Below are positions 53,353 to 62,752 of a DNA stretch of 64,000 nucleotides, one piece after another. The DNA is taken from NCBI GenBank assembly GCA_013152475.1, contig JAADGH010000162.1, positions 45,994 through 109,993 of the forward strand, in the 5' to 3' direction. A model generated the notes under the pieces. The model was not told the DNA's origin, did not search any database, and worked only from the letters and a program-made list of their open reading frames with translations. Made by a program: the position numbers and the translations under genes. The first letter of the stretch is position 1. Each line of letters opens with the position of its first letter. This DNA comes from Planctomycetota bacterium (GTDB lineage: Bacteria; Planctomycetota; Brocadiia; JAADGH01).

Positions 53353-54765
53353 ATGGAAACCGCTCGCCGGCCGTTCATCCGCCGGAATTACTACCTCGGC
53401 GTTGCGAATGGCGCGCTCTTCTATCTCAGCTCCTACGGGTTGATCAACACCACCATCGTGATCCCGCCTTTTGTCTATCTACTGGCCCATCGCGCCGGCG
53501 TGGGCGAGCGATGGGGACAGGTGATGGTGGGCCTCGTCAATTCGCTGAGCGTCGTCGGCTGGCTGTGGCCGCAGATTATTTTTTCGAACATCATCGAGCC
53601 CTTCGAGCGGAAGAAGCCGTTCTACGTCGTATCGGCCCTCCTTCGGATCGTGGTCTTCTCGGCCATTCCCCTGGGCATCGTTGTTCTCGCCGGGCCACGT
53701 CCGCTGGTCTTGTTCTGGGTGGTTGCGCTGGCGTTGTTTCTCTACACGTCCTTCGGCGGGATTGGGCTGCTGCCGTTCATGGACATCGTCAGCAAGTCCA
53801 TGCCCGACGACATGCGGGGGCGCTTCTTCGGGGCGCGAGCCTTCTGGGGGTGCCTGCTCGCCTTTGCCGGCGGCATCCTCGTCAAGCGCATCTTGAACCC
53901 GCAGACCGGCCTGAGCTACCCGAATAATTATCTGACGCTCTTCCTGATGGCGTGGGGCATCATGGCCGTGGGCGTGTTTCTCTTCTTCCTGACCAGGGAA
54001 CCCCCGGGCCGCCCGCGCAAGGTAAAGGTTACCCTGGCCCAGCAGTTCCGTCGGGGCCCAAGACTGCTGAAGAGGGACCGCGATTTCCTGCGGATATTCA
54101 TCACGCGCATGGTCCTGGGCCTCACGGCCATCGCCTCTCCCTTCTATGTCCTCTATGCCAGGGAGCGGTTTTCCGTCGGCGATGCGGACGTGGGGCTTTT
54201 CGTCGCCTCGCAGGTGATCTTCGCGGGGCTGGCCGCGCTGGCCTGCGGCAGGATCGGCGACACATTCGGCAACAAGGTGCTCATGATCCTCTCGGCGATC
54301 ACGTGCTTTATCGCCCCGGCAATGGCCCTCCTCATCAAGGCCATCCCCGCCCCGGGGCATGTCTTCCTGGGCCAGCCGTTTCACGTCTGGGCCTTTTGCG
54401 GCGTATTTGCCATGATCGGGTTCGCCCAATCAGGAACGACGATCTCTGCGCTGAACTACCTGCTCGACATCGCCCCCGAACGGCGCCGGCCGACCTACCT
54501 GGGTGTCATGTACACCGCCACCGCGCCGCTGACCTTCGTCCCCGTCCTGGGCGGCGTCCTGGTGGGCCGGACGTCGTACGAGTTTGTCTTTGTCCTGGCG
54601 GGTCTGTTCAGCCTGTTCCTGATCGTCTCTGCCGTTCAGTTGCGGGAGCCCCGCCGGGCCGCCGCCCGGGCCGCGGCCTCGGTTATCGGTGTTCCGCTCT
54701 TTCGGCCGGTGCGCTGGATAGGAGGCAAACTGACGCTGCGAAGACGAGGGCCGCGCCAAGGATGA
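53353..54765 (+). CDS. MFS transporter
   Basis: ~12 hydrophobic helices, the FMDIVSKSMPDDMRGRFFG loop motif, and a central basic loop. The 3' end overlaps the convergent gene by 83 nt. Confidence 0.75.
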   Translation: METARRPFIRRNYYLGVANGALFYLSSYGLINTTIVIPPFVYLLAHRAGVGERWGQVMVGLVNSLSVVGWLWPQIIFSNIIEPFERKKPFYVVSALLRIVVFSAIPLGIVVLAGPRPLVLFWVVALALFLYTSFGGIGLLPFMDIVSKSMPDDMRGRFFGARAFWGCLLAFAGGILVKRILNPQTGLSYPNNYLTLFLMAWGIMAVGVFLFFLTREPPGRPRKVKVTLAQQFRRGPRLLKRDRDFLRIFITRMVLGLTAIASPFYVLYARERFSVGDADVGLFVASQVIFAGLAALACGRIGDTFGNKVLMILSAITCFIAPAMALLIKAIPAPGHVFLGQPFHVWAFCGVFAMIGFAQSGTTISALNYLLDIAPERRRPTYLGVMYTATAPLTFVPVLGGVLVGRTSYEFVFVLAGLFSLFLIVSAVQLREPRRAAARAAASVIGVPLFRPVRWIGGKLTLRRRGPRQG

Positions 54766-56731
54766 GGCCCACGTCGGCAATGCCAAGTCGGGGGGGCGCC
54801 AACTTGATAGTCTCCGCCAGTTTTCCCTTTTGAAAGATGAATGCGGTCACAAGGCCCGTCGCATTGTGGGTGAAGTGGATCGCCATGCCGTTGAAGAGGC
54901 TCCCCGTCCTCAGCACGACATACGCCAGGACGAACCCCAGGGGGAAGATGCAGAACCCCCGTATCCCGTGAACCATCGCAAAGAGGATGCCGGTCAGGAG
55001 GATGCCGGTCCGCCTGCTGCGCCGGCTGAATCCGGTCAGCATGAGGCCGCGAAAGACCGTTTCCTCGCAGACGGCGGGGACCATCGCAAACAGAAAAAGC
55101 ACCACAGACAGGCGGCCCGAGACGAGGCGCTGCATAAACTCCTCGGACTGCTGGAGCCTTTCCTTCATCCCCTCGAACAGGTTGATCTGCAGATAGGCGA
55201 ACGCGGTGAGAAGCACGAAGCTGGTCAGACCGATCAGGACGGACAGGCCGAGGTCCCGCAGCGCGGGCCGTTTCAACCGAAACGTCTTCCTCGGATCGAA
55301 ACCCATGAGCGCCGAGTAGAGGATCGCCGGCAGGAGAAACAGAAAAATCTGCTGGCAGAGAATCCCGAACTGCACCCGTTTGACCTGCTCCGCTGTCAGC
55401 GTGTCGGTCTTGCCGACACTCATGAACAACGGGCCCACGAGCACGAAGAGGGCCAGGCACAGACAGAAGAGGAATGCGGCGTCGCCGGTGCGGGGCAGGC
55501 GCCTTCGATGGCTCTGCTGAGGCCGCCACCCGACCTCCACAGGCGTGCGGAAGATCACGTCTTCGCGATTGTAGAGCTGCGCCGCCCAGTGCAGCGCCGC
55601 CGCGGCGTAGACCGTCGTGCTGAAGAAGACCCCTGCAATGAACCGTCCGTCGTATTCCCCCACAAAAAGCTTCTTGAGCAGCACCGAGGCGTTCGTGACC
55701 GGGACGAGGGAATAATAGAGCGGCGGATCGAAGTTCGGCACCATGACCACCATCGCCAGAGGAAGGGCGACAAACATCACCGGCGTCAGGTAGTGCTGCC
55801 CCTCGCGGTAGCTCCGGGCCATCGACGAGATCGCCAGCGACACGGCGCTGAACAGCGCGGCGGTCGGGAGGAGCGCCAACAGGCAGATGCCCACGCGGTC
55901 GATGGAGATCGCGAAGGCCGCGCCGAACTCCTTCGGCATCATCACGTTGCCCACCTGGGCGAAGGTGATGCACATACTCGCCAGGTTCAGGAGCGTTGTC
56001 ACGATGGAGATCAGAAGAATGGTCAGGAACTTGCCGGTTACGATATCGACCCGCTCGGCCGGCGAGACCAGCAGCGTCTCGATCGTGCCGCGCTCCTTCT
56101 CCCCCGCGCAGAGATCAAGGGCGGGATAAAACGCGCCGGTCATGGACATGACCACCAGGAGCACGGCCAGCATCGGCCCCAGGAAAAAACCGGCCATCTT
56201 CCTCGGCGGCGCCACATTCTTCACGTTTATGCTCAGGGCGTTAAGCAGAGACTCATCCACGCTGCGCGCAGCAAGCCGTTGCTTGAGGATGCCTTCGCTG
56301 TAGGACGCAATGACCCTGTTCAGCTTCCGCAGGGCCATCCGCGAGCGATCCTTCGCCCCGTTGTAGTGGATCGTCAGCCGCCCCTTGACGCCGGCGGCGA
56401 TCTGTTCCCCGAAGTTCTTCCCGACCTCCACCCAGAGTTGCAGGGCGCCGGACTTCAGGTCCTGCTCGGGGTCCTTCGGCGCCGTAAGTTTCAGCTTCTC
56501 GCAGCCCTTGATCTGCGCGGCAAGACCGGGCGAGAACTCCGCTCCCGTTATCGCAATCGTGAATGACTGCTTTTGCAGCTTGCCCATCTGTCTGGCCGAG
56601 ATCCTGGAGAAGCCGATGAGAAGCAGCGGGTAGAGGAGGACCGGCAGCACCAGCATAACGAACAGCGTGCGCTTGTCGCGGAGGGTGACGCGGAGTTCCT
56701 TCCGGAAGATGACCCTCACGTTCCGCGTCAT
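54683..56731 (-). CDS. ABC-2-type transporter permease (NatB-like) fused to a C-terminal CPBP intramembrane protease domain
   Basis: ATG 56731 (MTRNVRVIFRKELRVTLRDKRTLFVML...) forms an ATGA overlap with the ATPase stop. ABC-2 hallmark AGEKERGTIETLLVSP. C-terminal CPBP motifs VCEETVFRGLMLTGF, LFAMVHG, MAIHFTHN. Confidence 0.8.
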   Translation of the reverse strand: MTRNVRVIFRKELRVTLRDKRTLFVMLVLPVLLYPLLLIGFSRISARQMGKLQKQSFTIAITGAEFSPGLAAQIKGCEKLKLTAPKDPEQDLKSGALQLWVEVGKNFGEQIAAGVKGRLTIHYNGAKDRSRMALRKLNRVIASYSEGILKQRLAARSVDESLLNALSINVKNVAPPRKMAGFFLGPMLAVLLVVMSMTGAFYPALDLCAGEKERGTIETLLVSPAERVDIVTGKFLTILLISIVTTLLNLASMCITFAQVGNVMMPKEFGAAFAISIDRVGICLLALLPTAALFSAVSLAISSMARSYREGQHYLTPVMFVALPLAMVVMVPNFDPPLYYSLVPVTNASVLLKKLFVGEYDGRFIAGVFFSTTVYAAAALHWAAQLYNREDVIFRTPVEVGWRPQQSHRRRLPRTGDAAFLFCLCLALFVLVGPLFMSVGKTDTLTAEQVKRVQFGILCQQIFLFLLPAILYSALMGFDPRKTFRLKRPALRDLGLSVLIGLTSFVLLTAFAYLQINLFEGMKERLQQSEEFMQRLVSGRLSVVLFLFAMVPAVCEETVFRGLMLTGFSRRSRRTGILLTGILFAMVHGIRGFCIFPLGFVLAYVVLRTGSLFNGMAIHFTHNATGLVTAFIFQKGKLAETIKLAPPRLGIADVGLILGAALVFAASVCLLSSAPAERAEHR

Positions 56732-57495
56732 GGCCCGGCCTCCACCGCCGCCCCGGGGTGCTTGGCCGCATCGATGAGACGGAAGAACGCCTCCTCCAGC
56801 GTGTCGCCCCCGACCTTTTCCTTGATCTCCGCCGGCGTGCCCTCGTGGAGGATCTCTCCGTTGAAAATGATCGCAATCCGGTTGCAAAGACGTTCTGCCT
56901 CAATGATGATGTGGGTGGAGAGGAGGATCGTCTTGTCCTCGCTTCGGCACCGGTCGATGAACCCGTCCACCGCCCGCGCCACGAGAACATCGAGGTTGGC
57001 CGCCGGCTCGTCGAAGAGCAGCACCGGCGGGTCGTGGATGATCGTCCGGGCGATAGAGACCTTCTGCTTCATGCCGGACGACAGCTTGCCGATTATCGTG
57101 TCCTTGAAGTCGTGCATCTCCAGCAGGTCGAAGATCTCTTCGGAGCGCGACGTGATCTCCTCCGCGGGCATGCCGTGCAGCTCGGCGAAGAACTCGACCA
57201 TCTCCCGCGCCGTCAGCCGGGGGTATACGCCCGTGTCCGTGGACATGTAGCCCATCCTGCGGCGGATCACGACGGGGTTCTGCGCCACGTCAATACCGTC
57301 GATCTTGGCCGTCCCCCGGCTCGGCTTGAGCAGCGTCGCGAGGATTCGGAGAAACGTCGTCTTCCCCGCCCCGTTCGGCCCCAGCAGCCCGAAGACCGTC
57401 CCCGGCGGGATGGTGAGGGACACACCGTCCAGCGCGCGGATGTCGCCGCGCTTCGCGTCGTGGAATATCTTTGTCAGGTCTTGAACTTGAATCAT
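56728..57495 (-). CDS. ABC transporter ATP-binding protein
   Basis: ATG 57495 (MIQVQDLTKIF). Walker A GLLGPNGAGKTT, signature LSSGMKQKVSIA, Walker B VLLFDEP. Confidence 0.95.
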   Translation of the reverse strand: MIQVQDLTKIFHDAKRGDIRALDGVSLTIPPGTVFGLLGPNGAGKTTFLRILATLLKPSRGTAKIDGIDVAQNPVVIRRRMGYMSTDTGVYPRLTAREMVEFFAELHGMPAEEITSRSEEIFDLLEMHDFKDTIIGKLSSGMKQKVSIARTIIHDPPVLLFDEPAANLDVLVARAVDGFIDRCRSEDKTILLSTHIIIEAERLCNRIAIIFNGEILHEGTPAEIKEKVGGDTLEEAFFRLIDAAKHPGAAVEAGP

Positions 57496-57550
57496 CGGGT
57501 TATGATGTTTGATCGTAACACGCCGGGGCACAGGTGTCAATTGCCGGTCC

Positions 57551-57579
57551 TTGACAGGGCAAGGGGCGTTTGATAGGTT
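57551..57579 (+). promoter_or_regulatory. sigma70-like promoter TTGACA-17-TAGGTT
   Basis: TTGACA 57551-57556, 17-nt spacer, TAGGTT 57574-57579. Supports the downstream GTG 57620 start rather than TTG 57509. Confidence 0.5.
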
Positions 57580-57619
57580 GAGGTCGCGGCGGGATCAGAC
57601 CAGCAGGAATAGCCATACC

Positions 57620-59782
57620 GTGACAGACCGCAGGCCGATCAAAGGGATAGCGCTCTCCATTGCCATCGGTCTTTCCCTCGCCTGCGCCGGGTGCGGGGAG
57701 ATCGCCTTCGTCAACGCCGGCGTGCTGGGATTCGCGGGCGCGGCGGCAATCCCCGTGATCCTCCATCTGCTCTTCCGCCGCCGTCCCCGACGGGTGAAAT
57801 TCCCGCCGATCCGATTCATCCTCCGATCGAAGAAGGCGACGTCGAGGCGGTTCAAGCTGAAACACCTCATGCTGCTTCTGGCCCGGATGCTCATTATCGC
57901 GCTGTTCGTGCTGATTCTGAGCCGGCCGTACGTGCGGAGCGAGCAGAAGGTGGTGCACGGGAAGGCGCGCGTGAAGGCCGTCCTGCTCCTCGACAACTCG
58001 TTCAGCATGGGCTACACGGAGCGCAAGGTCTCGCGGTTGAACCAGGCGAAGAAGCTGGCCCTGCAGGTGATGAACTCCTTCGATCTGGGCAGCGAGGTGG
58101 CCGTGATCAGCACGTCCGAGGTGGCCGGCAGTTTCACGGTGGACGTGGAGCGGGTGAGACAGCAGATCGGCGACCTGCCCCTGACCGCCCGGGCCGATTC
58201 CTGTTGGGCGGCGGTGCGGAAGGCGGAGGCCCTGCTAACGGAGGAGACCTCGCTGCCGAGGGAGGTCTATGTCTTCTCCGACATGACAAAGAACGCATGG
58301 CCGGCTGGAGAGAAGCTCAAGGTCGATCCGAAGAACCACTGGTGTTTCGTGGACGTAAGCGGCGAGAAGAACGAGAACCTCTGGATCGATTCGCTGGCGC
58401 AGGACAGGCGGACCGTTGCGCTCAACAAACCCATACGCATCACCGCGACGGTTCGGGGGAAAAGCCCGACGCCGCGGGTCATCGAGTTCATCGTGGACGG
58501 AGAGAAGCGAAACCAGCAGCAGGTCGATCTCCAGAGCGGTCTTGCGACGTGCGCCTTCGACTATGTGCCGCGGCAGCAGGGCATTCACTTCGGCGCGGTG
58601 GGGCTTGCCGGGGAGGACCCACTCCCCGTGGACAACAAGCGCTACTTCGTCCTGAACGTCCGCCCGGCGGCGAAGGTGCTCTGTGTGTCGGAGGACGAAG
58701 CGGACGCCTTTTACCTGATGAACGCGCTGGATCCCACCGGTGAGGTCAAGCGCCGGACCGTGCAGCCCGTCTGGGCAAGCCCGTCGGATCTCATGGAGAA
58801 AGACCTGGGTTCCTTTCAGGCCGTCTTTCTCTGCAACGTCGCCAAGCTCGACGCCGGCCAGGCGGCGAAGATCGCCGGCTATGTGTCCGGGGGAGGAGGG
58901 CTCGTGATCCTCGCCGGCGGCCGCACCGACCTGAAAGAATTCCTCCCGCACGACAGCGGCATCTTGCCGGCCGGGGAAATGGAGGTCGCCGAGGTTCCGA
59001 AGGGGGTCGTGTTTCAACCGGGAGACTACGCCCATGCCATCCTCGAGTCGTTCCGGGGGGGACGGAACGGTGATCTGACGCTGCCGCGTTTCCATAAATA
59101 CCTGGAGCTCTTTGCCGGGGCGCCCGAGAGCCGGATGACGGCCATTCTCCCCTTCAGCAACGGCTCGCCGGCGCTGCTGAGGAACCAGTTGGGGTCGGGC
59201 AAGGTGCTCTTCCTCGCCAGCAGCATAGCGGCAAGCGACACGATGGCGGCGCCAAAGGCGTGGAACGACCTGCCGAAGACGCCGTGCTTTGTGCCGTTCA
59301 TCCACGAGCTGTTGGATTACGTGGCGCGGTATGCGGAGGGGCCCGCCGACGTGCGGGTGGGGGAGCCCGTGCCGATCGGCGTGGCCGGGCCGCCCGCCGG
59401 TTGCACGGTCGAGGTGACGCCGCCGGGGAGGGCGCGGAGGATCCGGGTGCCCGTGGACAGCACCACGTCCTTTGCGGTATTCCGGGAGACGAGAGAGCCG
59501 GGGGGCTACGTGGCGGCGGTCACCTCCGGTGAAAAAGAGAGAAAATACGGCTTTGTTGCGAATGTGGACGCGAACGAATCGGACCTGACGAGGACCGACG
59601 CGCGGGCGATTGCGGACCAGATGCCCCGCGCGCGGATTCGGTTTGCCCGGGGGGCGGACGACCTGCGAAAGATCGAGCGCGAGCTCCGGATCGGCCGGGA
59701 GCTTGGCCAGATGCTTCTGTGGCCGCTGCTCCTCCTTGTCCTGGCCGAGGTCATTATGGGAAATACATTCTACAAGGACTGA
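57620..59782 (+). CDS. BatA-type N-terminal double-TM / VWA-domain membrane protein
   Basis: GFAGAAAIPVILHLLFRRRPRRVKFPPIRFI (aerotolerance BatA_N-like motif), VWA MIDAS VLLLDNSFSMG, C-terminal TM. Start uncertain: GTG 57620 is in frame, and the track start TTG 57509 lies only 13 nt from the divergent ATPase start. Confidence 0.75.
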   Translation: MTDRRPIKGIALSIAIGLSLACAGCGEIAFVNAGVLGFAGAAAIPVILHLLFRRRPRRVKFPPIRFILRSKKATSRRFKLKHLMLLLARMLIIALFVLILSRPYVRSEQKVVHGKARVKAVLLLDNSFSMGYTERKVSRLNQAKKLALQVMNSFDLGSEVAVISTSEVAGSFTVDVERVRQQIGDLPLTARADSCWAAVRKAEALLTEETSLPREVYVFSDMTKNAWPAGEKLKVDPKNHWCFVDVSGEKNENLWIDSLAQDRRTVALNKPIRITATVRGKSPTPRVIEFIVDGEKRNQQQVDLQSGLATCAFDYVPRQQGIHFGAVGLAGEDPLPVDNKRYFVLNVRPAAKVLCVSEDEADAFYLMNALDPTGEVKRRTVQPVWASPSDLMEKDLGSFQAVFLCNVAKLDAGQAAKIAGYVSGGGGLVILAGGRTDLKEFLPHDSGILPAGEMEVAEVPKGVVFQPGDYAHAILESFRGGRNGDLTLPRFHKYLELFAGAPESRMTAILPFSNGSPALLRNQLGSGKVLFLASSIAASDTMAAPKAWNDLPKTPCFVPFIHELLDYVARYAEGPADVRVGEPVPIGVAGPPAGCTVEVTPPGRARRIRVPVDSTTSFAVFRETREPGGYVAAVTSGEKERKYGFVANVDANESDLTRTDARAIADQMPRARIRFARGADDLRKIERELRIGRELGQMLLWPLLLLVLAEVIMGNTFYKD

Positions 59783-59783
59783 C

Positions 59784-61961
59784 GTGGGCGAGAAGTTGGC
59801 GTTCGACAGCGTGATCCCCTTCCCCCTCGCGATCGGCGTGGTTGCGGCGCTCGCAGTGGGGTGCGTTGCTGCGTATGTGGCGACGGCGCGCCACCGTGTT
59901 TCGCCGGCTGCCCAGGTGGCCCTGATCCTGTTCCGGCTCGTGGCGTTGAGCGCCGTTGCCCTCCTGCTTCTCCGGCCGGCATGGCTGGCGGAGGAGACGA
60001 TCCGCGAAAAACTGGGCCTGGTCCTGCTGGCCGACGCATCGAAGAGCATGTCCATTCGTGACGGCGATGGCGGGCGGTCTCGCGCCGAGGTGGCGGCGGC
60101 CATCCTGAGGCTGTGCGGCCCCCAGCGCAGGCTCCTTGCGCAAAAATACCACTTTAGTGAATATCAATTCGACAGGAGCATCTCGGACCTGGCGCCGAAC
60201 GCCTACAAGGCGGACGGCGACGTGACGGCCATCGGCGATGCGCTCGCTCTCTCCCGCCGGCAGGTGACGGTCGGGAACGTTGCGGGCGCCGTCCTGCTGA
60301 CCGACGGGGCCAACAACTTCGGGCGTGACCCGGATGTGGTCGCCCGGGACTTTGGCTCGCGCAAGATACCGATCTATCCCGTCGTCATCGGCAAGAGCGA
60401 GATTGGGGAGGCCATCAAGGATGTGAAGGTGACCTCGTTGGACCTCGGCGCCTCGGCCTTTGCCCGGAGCGTTGTCCCGGTGACCGCGGACCTCCGATTC
60501 GTCTACTGTGACGGCGAAAAGGTCAAGGTGTCTTTACGGGTGGATGAGAAGACCGTCGAGAAGAAGGTCCTGACGGTCAAGGGCCCGGACGCGCGGCAGC
60601 GGGTGGCCTTTGATTTCGTGCCGGACACGCCGGGTTCGCGGAAGATCACGGTGGACGCCAAACCGGTGAAGGGCGAGATCATCACGACCAACAACAGCAT
60701 CAGCTCCTACCTTCATGTCCTTACCGGGGGGCTGAAGGTCCTCTATATCGACCGCCCGCGGAGCGAGTTCAAGTTCCTCCGGCAGGCCTTCGCCGAGGGG
60801 AAGGACATCCAGTTGACCGTGGTGGCAACCCTCGGCGAGGCCGTCGAGAGGCCCAAGACCCGGCAAGAGTGGAAGCGGTTCGATGCGGTGCTTGTGGGCG
60901 ACGTGCCGAGCAGCGTCTTCAGCCTGTCGCAACTGCGAAATCTGGAGCGGGCCGTCTCCCAGAACGGGATCGGCTTCGGCATGATCGCCGGCACGCGCAA
61001 CTTCTCCGCCGGGGGCTATGCCCGCAGCCCTGTGGCGAAGCTGCTGCCGGTGACACTGGGGGGAGAGACGCCATTCCGGGGGGAATACCGATTGCGTTTC
61101 ACCCCGGGCGGGCTGGGGCATTTTATGGTTCGGCTGGACAGTGATCCCGACGCGAACCGGAAGGCCTGGGCAGAGGTGCGCCCGCTCTCGGGCGGCATCG
61201 CGTTCAGCGGGACGAAACCCGGGGCCCACGTGCTGGCCTACGGACCGGACAACCAGCCGATCCTCGTCGTGCAGCAGTATGGCAAGGGAAGGACGATGGC
61301 CTTTGCGGCGGACACGACGTGGCGTTGGGCCTTTGCCGAGAAGGACACGAAGAAATTCCATCGCCGGTTCTGGCGGCAGGCGCTGCTGTGGCTGGGCGAC
61401 AAGGAGGGTCTGGGTCGGGCGAACGTCTGGGTCGGCCTTCAATCGCTGCGGGTCATCAAGGGCGAGCAGATGGACATCCGCGCCCACGTGGAGGATTCGC
61501 TCGGCCGCGATGTGCCGGACGCGAAGGTGAAGGGCAAAGTCGTCCTGCCCGGCGGAAAGACCGTCCCTGTCGTCTTTCGCTTCAGCGAAGATCAGTACGT
61601 CTGCTCCTACCGCCCGGCGACGGCGGGGGACTATCAGATAAGAGTGAGCGCGTACGGACTCGATGGCGCCCCGTTGGGCGACGACATGGTGAAGTTCCTG
61701 GCGTATGTGCCGGAGGTCGAACTGGAACGGCCGGCGGCGAACCCGGAGGCGATGAAGCGCCTCGCGGCCCTGTCGGGGGGGCGGCTCTACACGGCGGAGA
61801 CAGCCGGCGAGCTGTTCAAGGAGCTCGCCTTGCGCGACGCGAGCATCGAGATCAAGCGCACCGAGCCGCAGCCGATCTGGAGCGGTCGCTGGGTGCTCTA
61901 TGTCTTCCTTGCCGCGCTGACGCTGGAGTGGATCGTGCGGAAGCTCAACCGGCTTGTGTGA
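59784..61961 (+). CDS. VWA-domain membrane protein with GATase1-like (DUF1355-type) C-terminal domain
   Basis: GTG 59784 lies 1 nt after the upstream TGA (VGEKLAFDSVIPFPLAIGVVAALAVG...). MIDAS LVLLADASKSMS, LLTDGANNFG. GLKVLYIDRPRSEFKFL...FDAVLVGDVP is a GATase1-like fold. C-terminal TM. Confidence 0.75.
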   Translation: MGEKLAFDSVIPFPLAIGVVAALAVGCVAAYVATARHRVSPAAQVALILFRLVALSAVALLLLRPAWLAEETIREKLGLVLLADASKSMSIRDGDGGRSRAEVAAAILRLCGPQRRLLAQKYHFSEYQFDRSISDLAPNAYKADGDVTAIGDALALSRRQVTVGNVAGAVLLTDGANNFGRDPDVVARDFGSRKIPIYPVVIGKSEIGEAIKDVKVTSLDLGASAFARSVVPVTADLRFVYCDGEKVKVSLRVDEKTVEKKVLTVKGPDARQRVAFDFVPDTPGSRKITVDAKPVKGEIITTNNSISSYLHVLTGGLKVLYIDRPRSEFKFLRQAFAEGKDIQLTVVATLGEAVERPKTRQEWKRFDAVLVGDVPSSVFSLSQLRNLERAVSQNGIGFGMIAGTRNFSAGGYARSPVAKLLPVTLGGETPFRGEYRLRFTPGGLGHFMVRLDSDPDANRKAWAEVRPLSGGIAFSGTKPGAHVLAYGPDNQPILVVQQYGKGRTMAFAADTTWRWAFAEKDTKKFHRRFWRQALLWLGDKEGLGRANVWVGLQSLRVIKGEQMDIRAHVEDSLGRDVPDAKVKGKVVLPGGKTVPVVFRFSEDQYVCSYRPATAGDYQIRVSAYGLDGAPLGDDMVKFLAYVPEVELERPAANPEAMKRLAALSGGRLYTAETAGELFKELALRDASIEIKRTEPQPIWSGRWVLYVFLAALTLEWIVRKLNRLV

Positions 61962-61992
61962 TCCTCCCCAACTTCCAACCTGCCACGGCGCC

Positions 61993-62316
61993 CTATGGGG
62001 CGAGGGTCTGCCCATCGATCCACTTGAGGTACGGCTCCGACCCGGCGACGATCGGGAGGGCGATGATCTCGGGCACCTCGTAGCTGTGCAGCTCCTTGAC
62101 GCGCGCGGCAAGCCGGTCGAACAGGTCCCGGCGGGTCTTCATGATAAGGAGCACCTCCTCGTCATCGCAGACCTTCCCCTCCCAGCGATAGATGGAACGG
62201 ATGCTCTGGGTGATGTTGCCGCAGGCGGCAAGCCGCTCATCGACGACGGCCCTGGCGATCTTTGCCGCCTCCTCGCTGCTCGGGGCGGTGACGAAAACGG
62301 CGATGTGGCTGTCCAT
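61993..62316 (-). CDS. cutA: divalent-cation tolerance protein CutA
   Basis: Preferred ATG 62316: MDSHIAVFVTAPSSEEAAKIARAVVDERLAACGNITQSIRSIYRWEGKVCDDEEVLLIMKT...SYEVPEIIALPI is the canonical CutA1 sequence pattern. Confidence 0.9.
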   Translation of the reverse strand: MDSHIAVFVTAPSSEEAAKIARAVVDERLAACGNITQSIRSIYRWEGKVCDDEEVLLIMKTRRDLFDRLAARVKELHSYEVPEIIALPIVAGSEPYLKWIDGQTLAP

Positions 62317-62441
62317 GGTTTCTCTCCCTGGGTCCTTTCCGCGCGACGTTGGTAGCTGGCCGTGGCACAGTGTAGCCGCACGGGAGACGGCATGCAAGCC
62401 CGTTCATTCCCTTTTTCCGTCCAAATGTGGCCACGGGTGCA

Positions 62442-62500
62442 AAGTTATTTTCTGGTACAACGGGGTGGCAAGGTGTCATAATATTCCAGGACTTTCCCCA
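62442..62500 (-). promoter_or_regulatory. predicted cutA promoter with G-rich box
   Basis: Minus strand: TGGGGAAAGTCCT (62500-62488), 16 nt, TTGCCA (62471-62466), 18 nt, TAACTT (62447-62442). Confidence 0.4.
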
Positions 62501-62561
62501 AGAATTGAGTGCCATCTGCCGTAACCCATATTAGCCATTGCCCTTACTATGTTTGGTTCGT

Positions 62562-62752
62562 GGAACCCACGCCCTGTCACTGCGAGGAGTCACGCGCTTC
62601 GCGTGATAACGAAGCCTGTTTGCGTGCGACGCACAGGCAGGCAATCTCATCGAACGAGGCCGGTTGGAGGGGTGAGATTGCATCGCCACCTCTTTCGCTA
62701 TCGCGAAAGAGGCTCCTCGCGATGACACGGCGGAGGTCATGGGGAAACTCCT
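62562..62752. repeat. composite hairpin (REP/MITE-like) element, copy 2 (inverted relative to copy 1)
   Basis: 62562-62683 is the reverse complement of 36799-36920 (5 mismatches in 122 nt). The terminal GCGATGACACGGCGGAGGTCATGGGGAAACTCCT is shared with 41498-41531 and 36662-36700. Confidence 0.8.

Noticed and set aside
51990-53378. 462-aa minus-strand ORF over the HEAT-repeat gene
   Set aside because: Antisense shadow. The plus frame has an SD, a signal peptide and HEAT repeats.
54830-56566. 578-aa plus-strand ORF and 54636..55973 minus out-of-frame ORF over the permease::CPBP gene
   Set aside because: Highly charged R/H/E/D-rich translations without TM segments. The chosen frame has ABC-2 and CPBP motifs and ATGA coupling to the ATPase.
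58235-62111. Minus-strand ORFs 58235..60103 (622 aa) and 60534..62111 (525 aa)
   Set aside because: They are antisense to the two VWA-domain genes, which show MIDAS motifs. The translations are R/P/H-rich.
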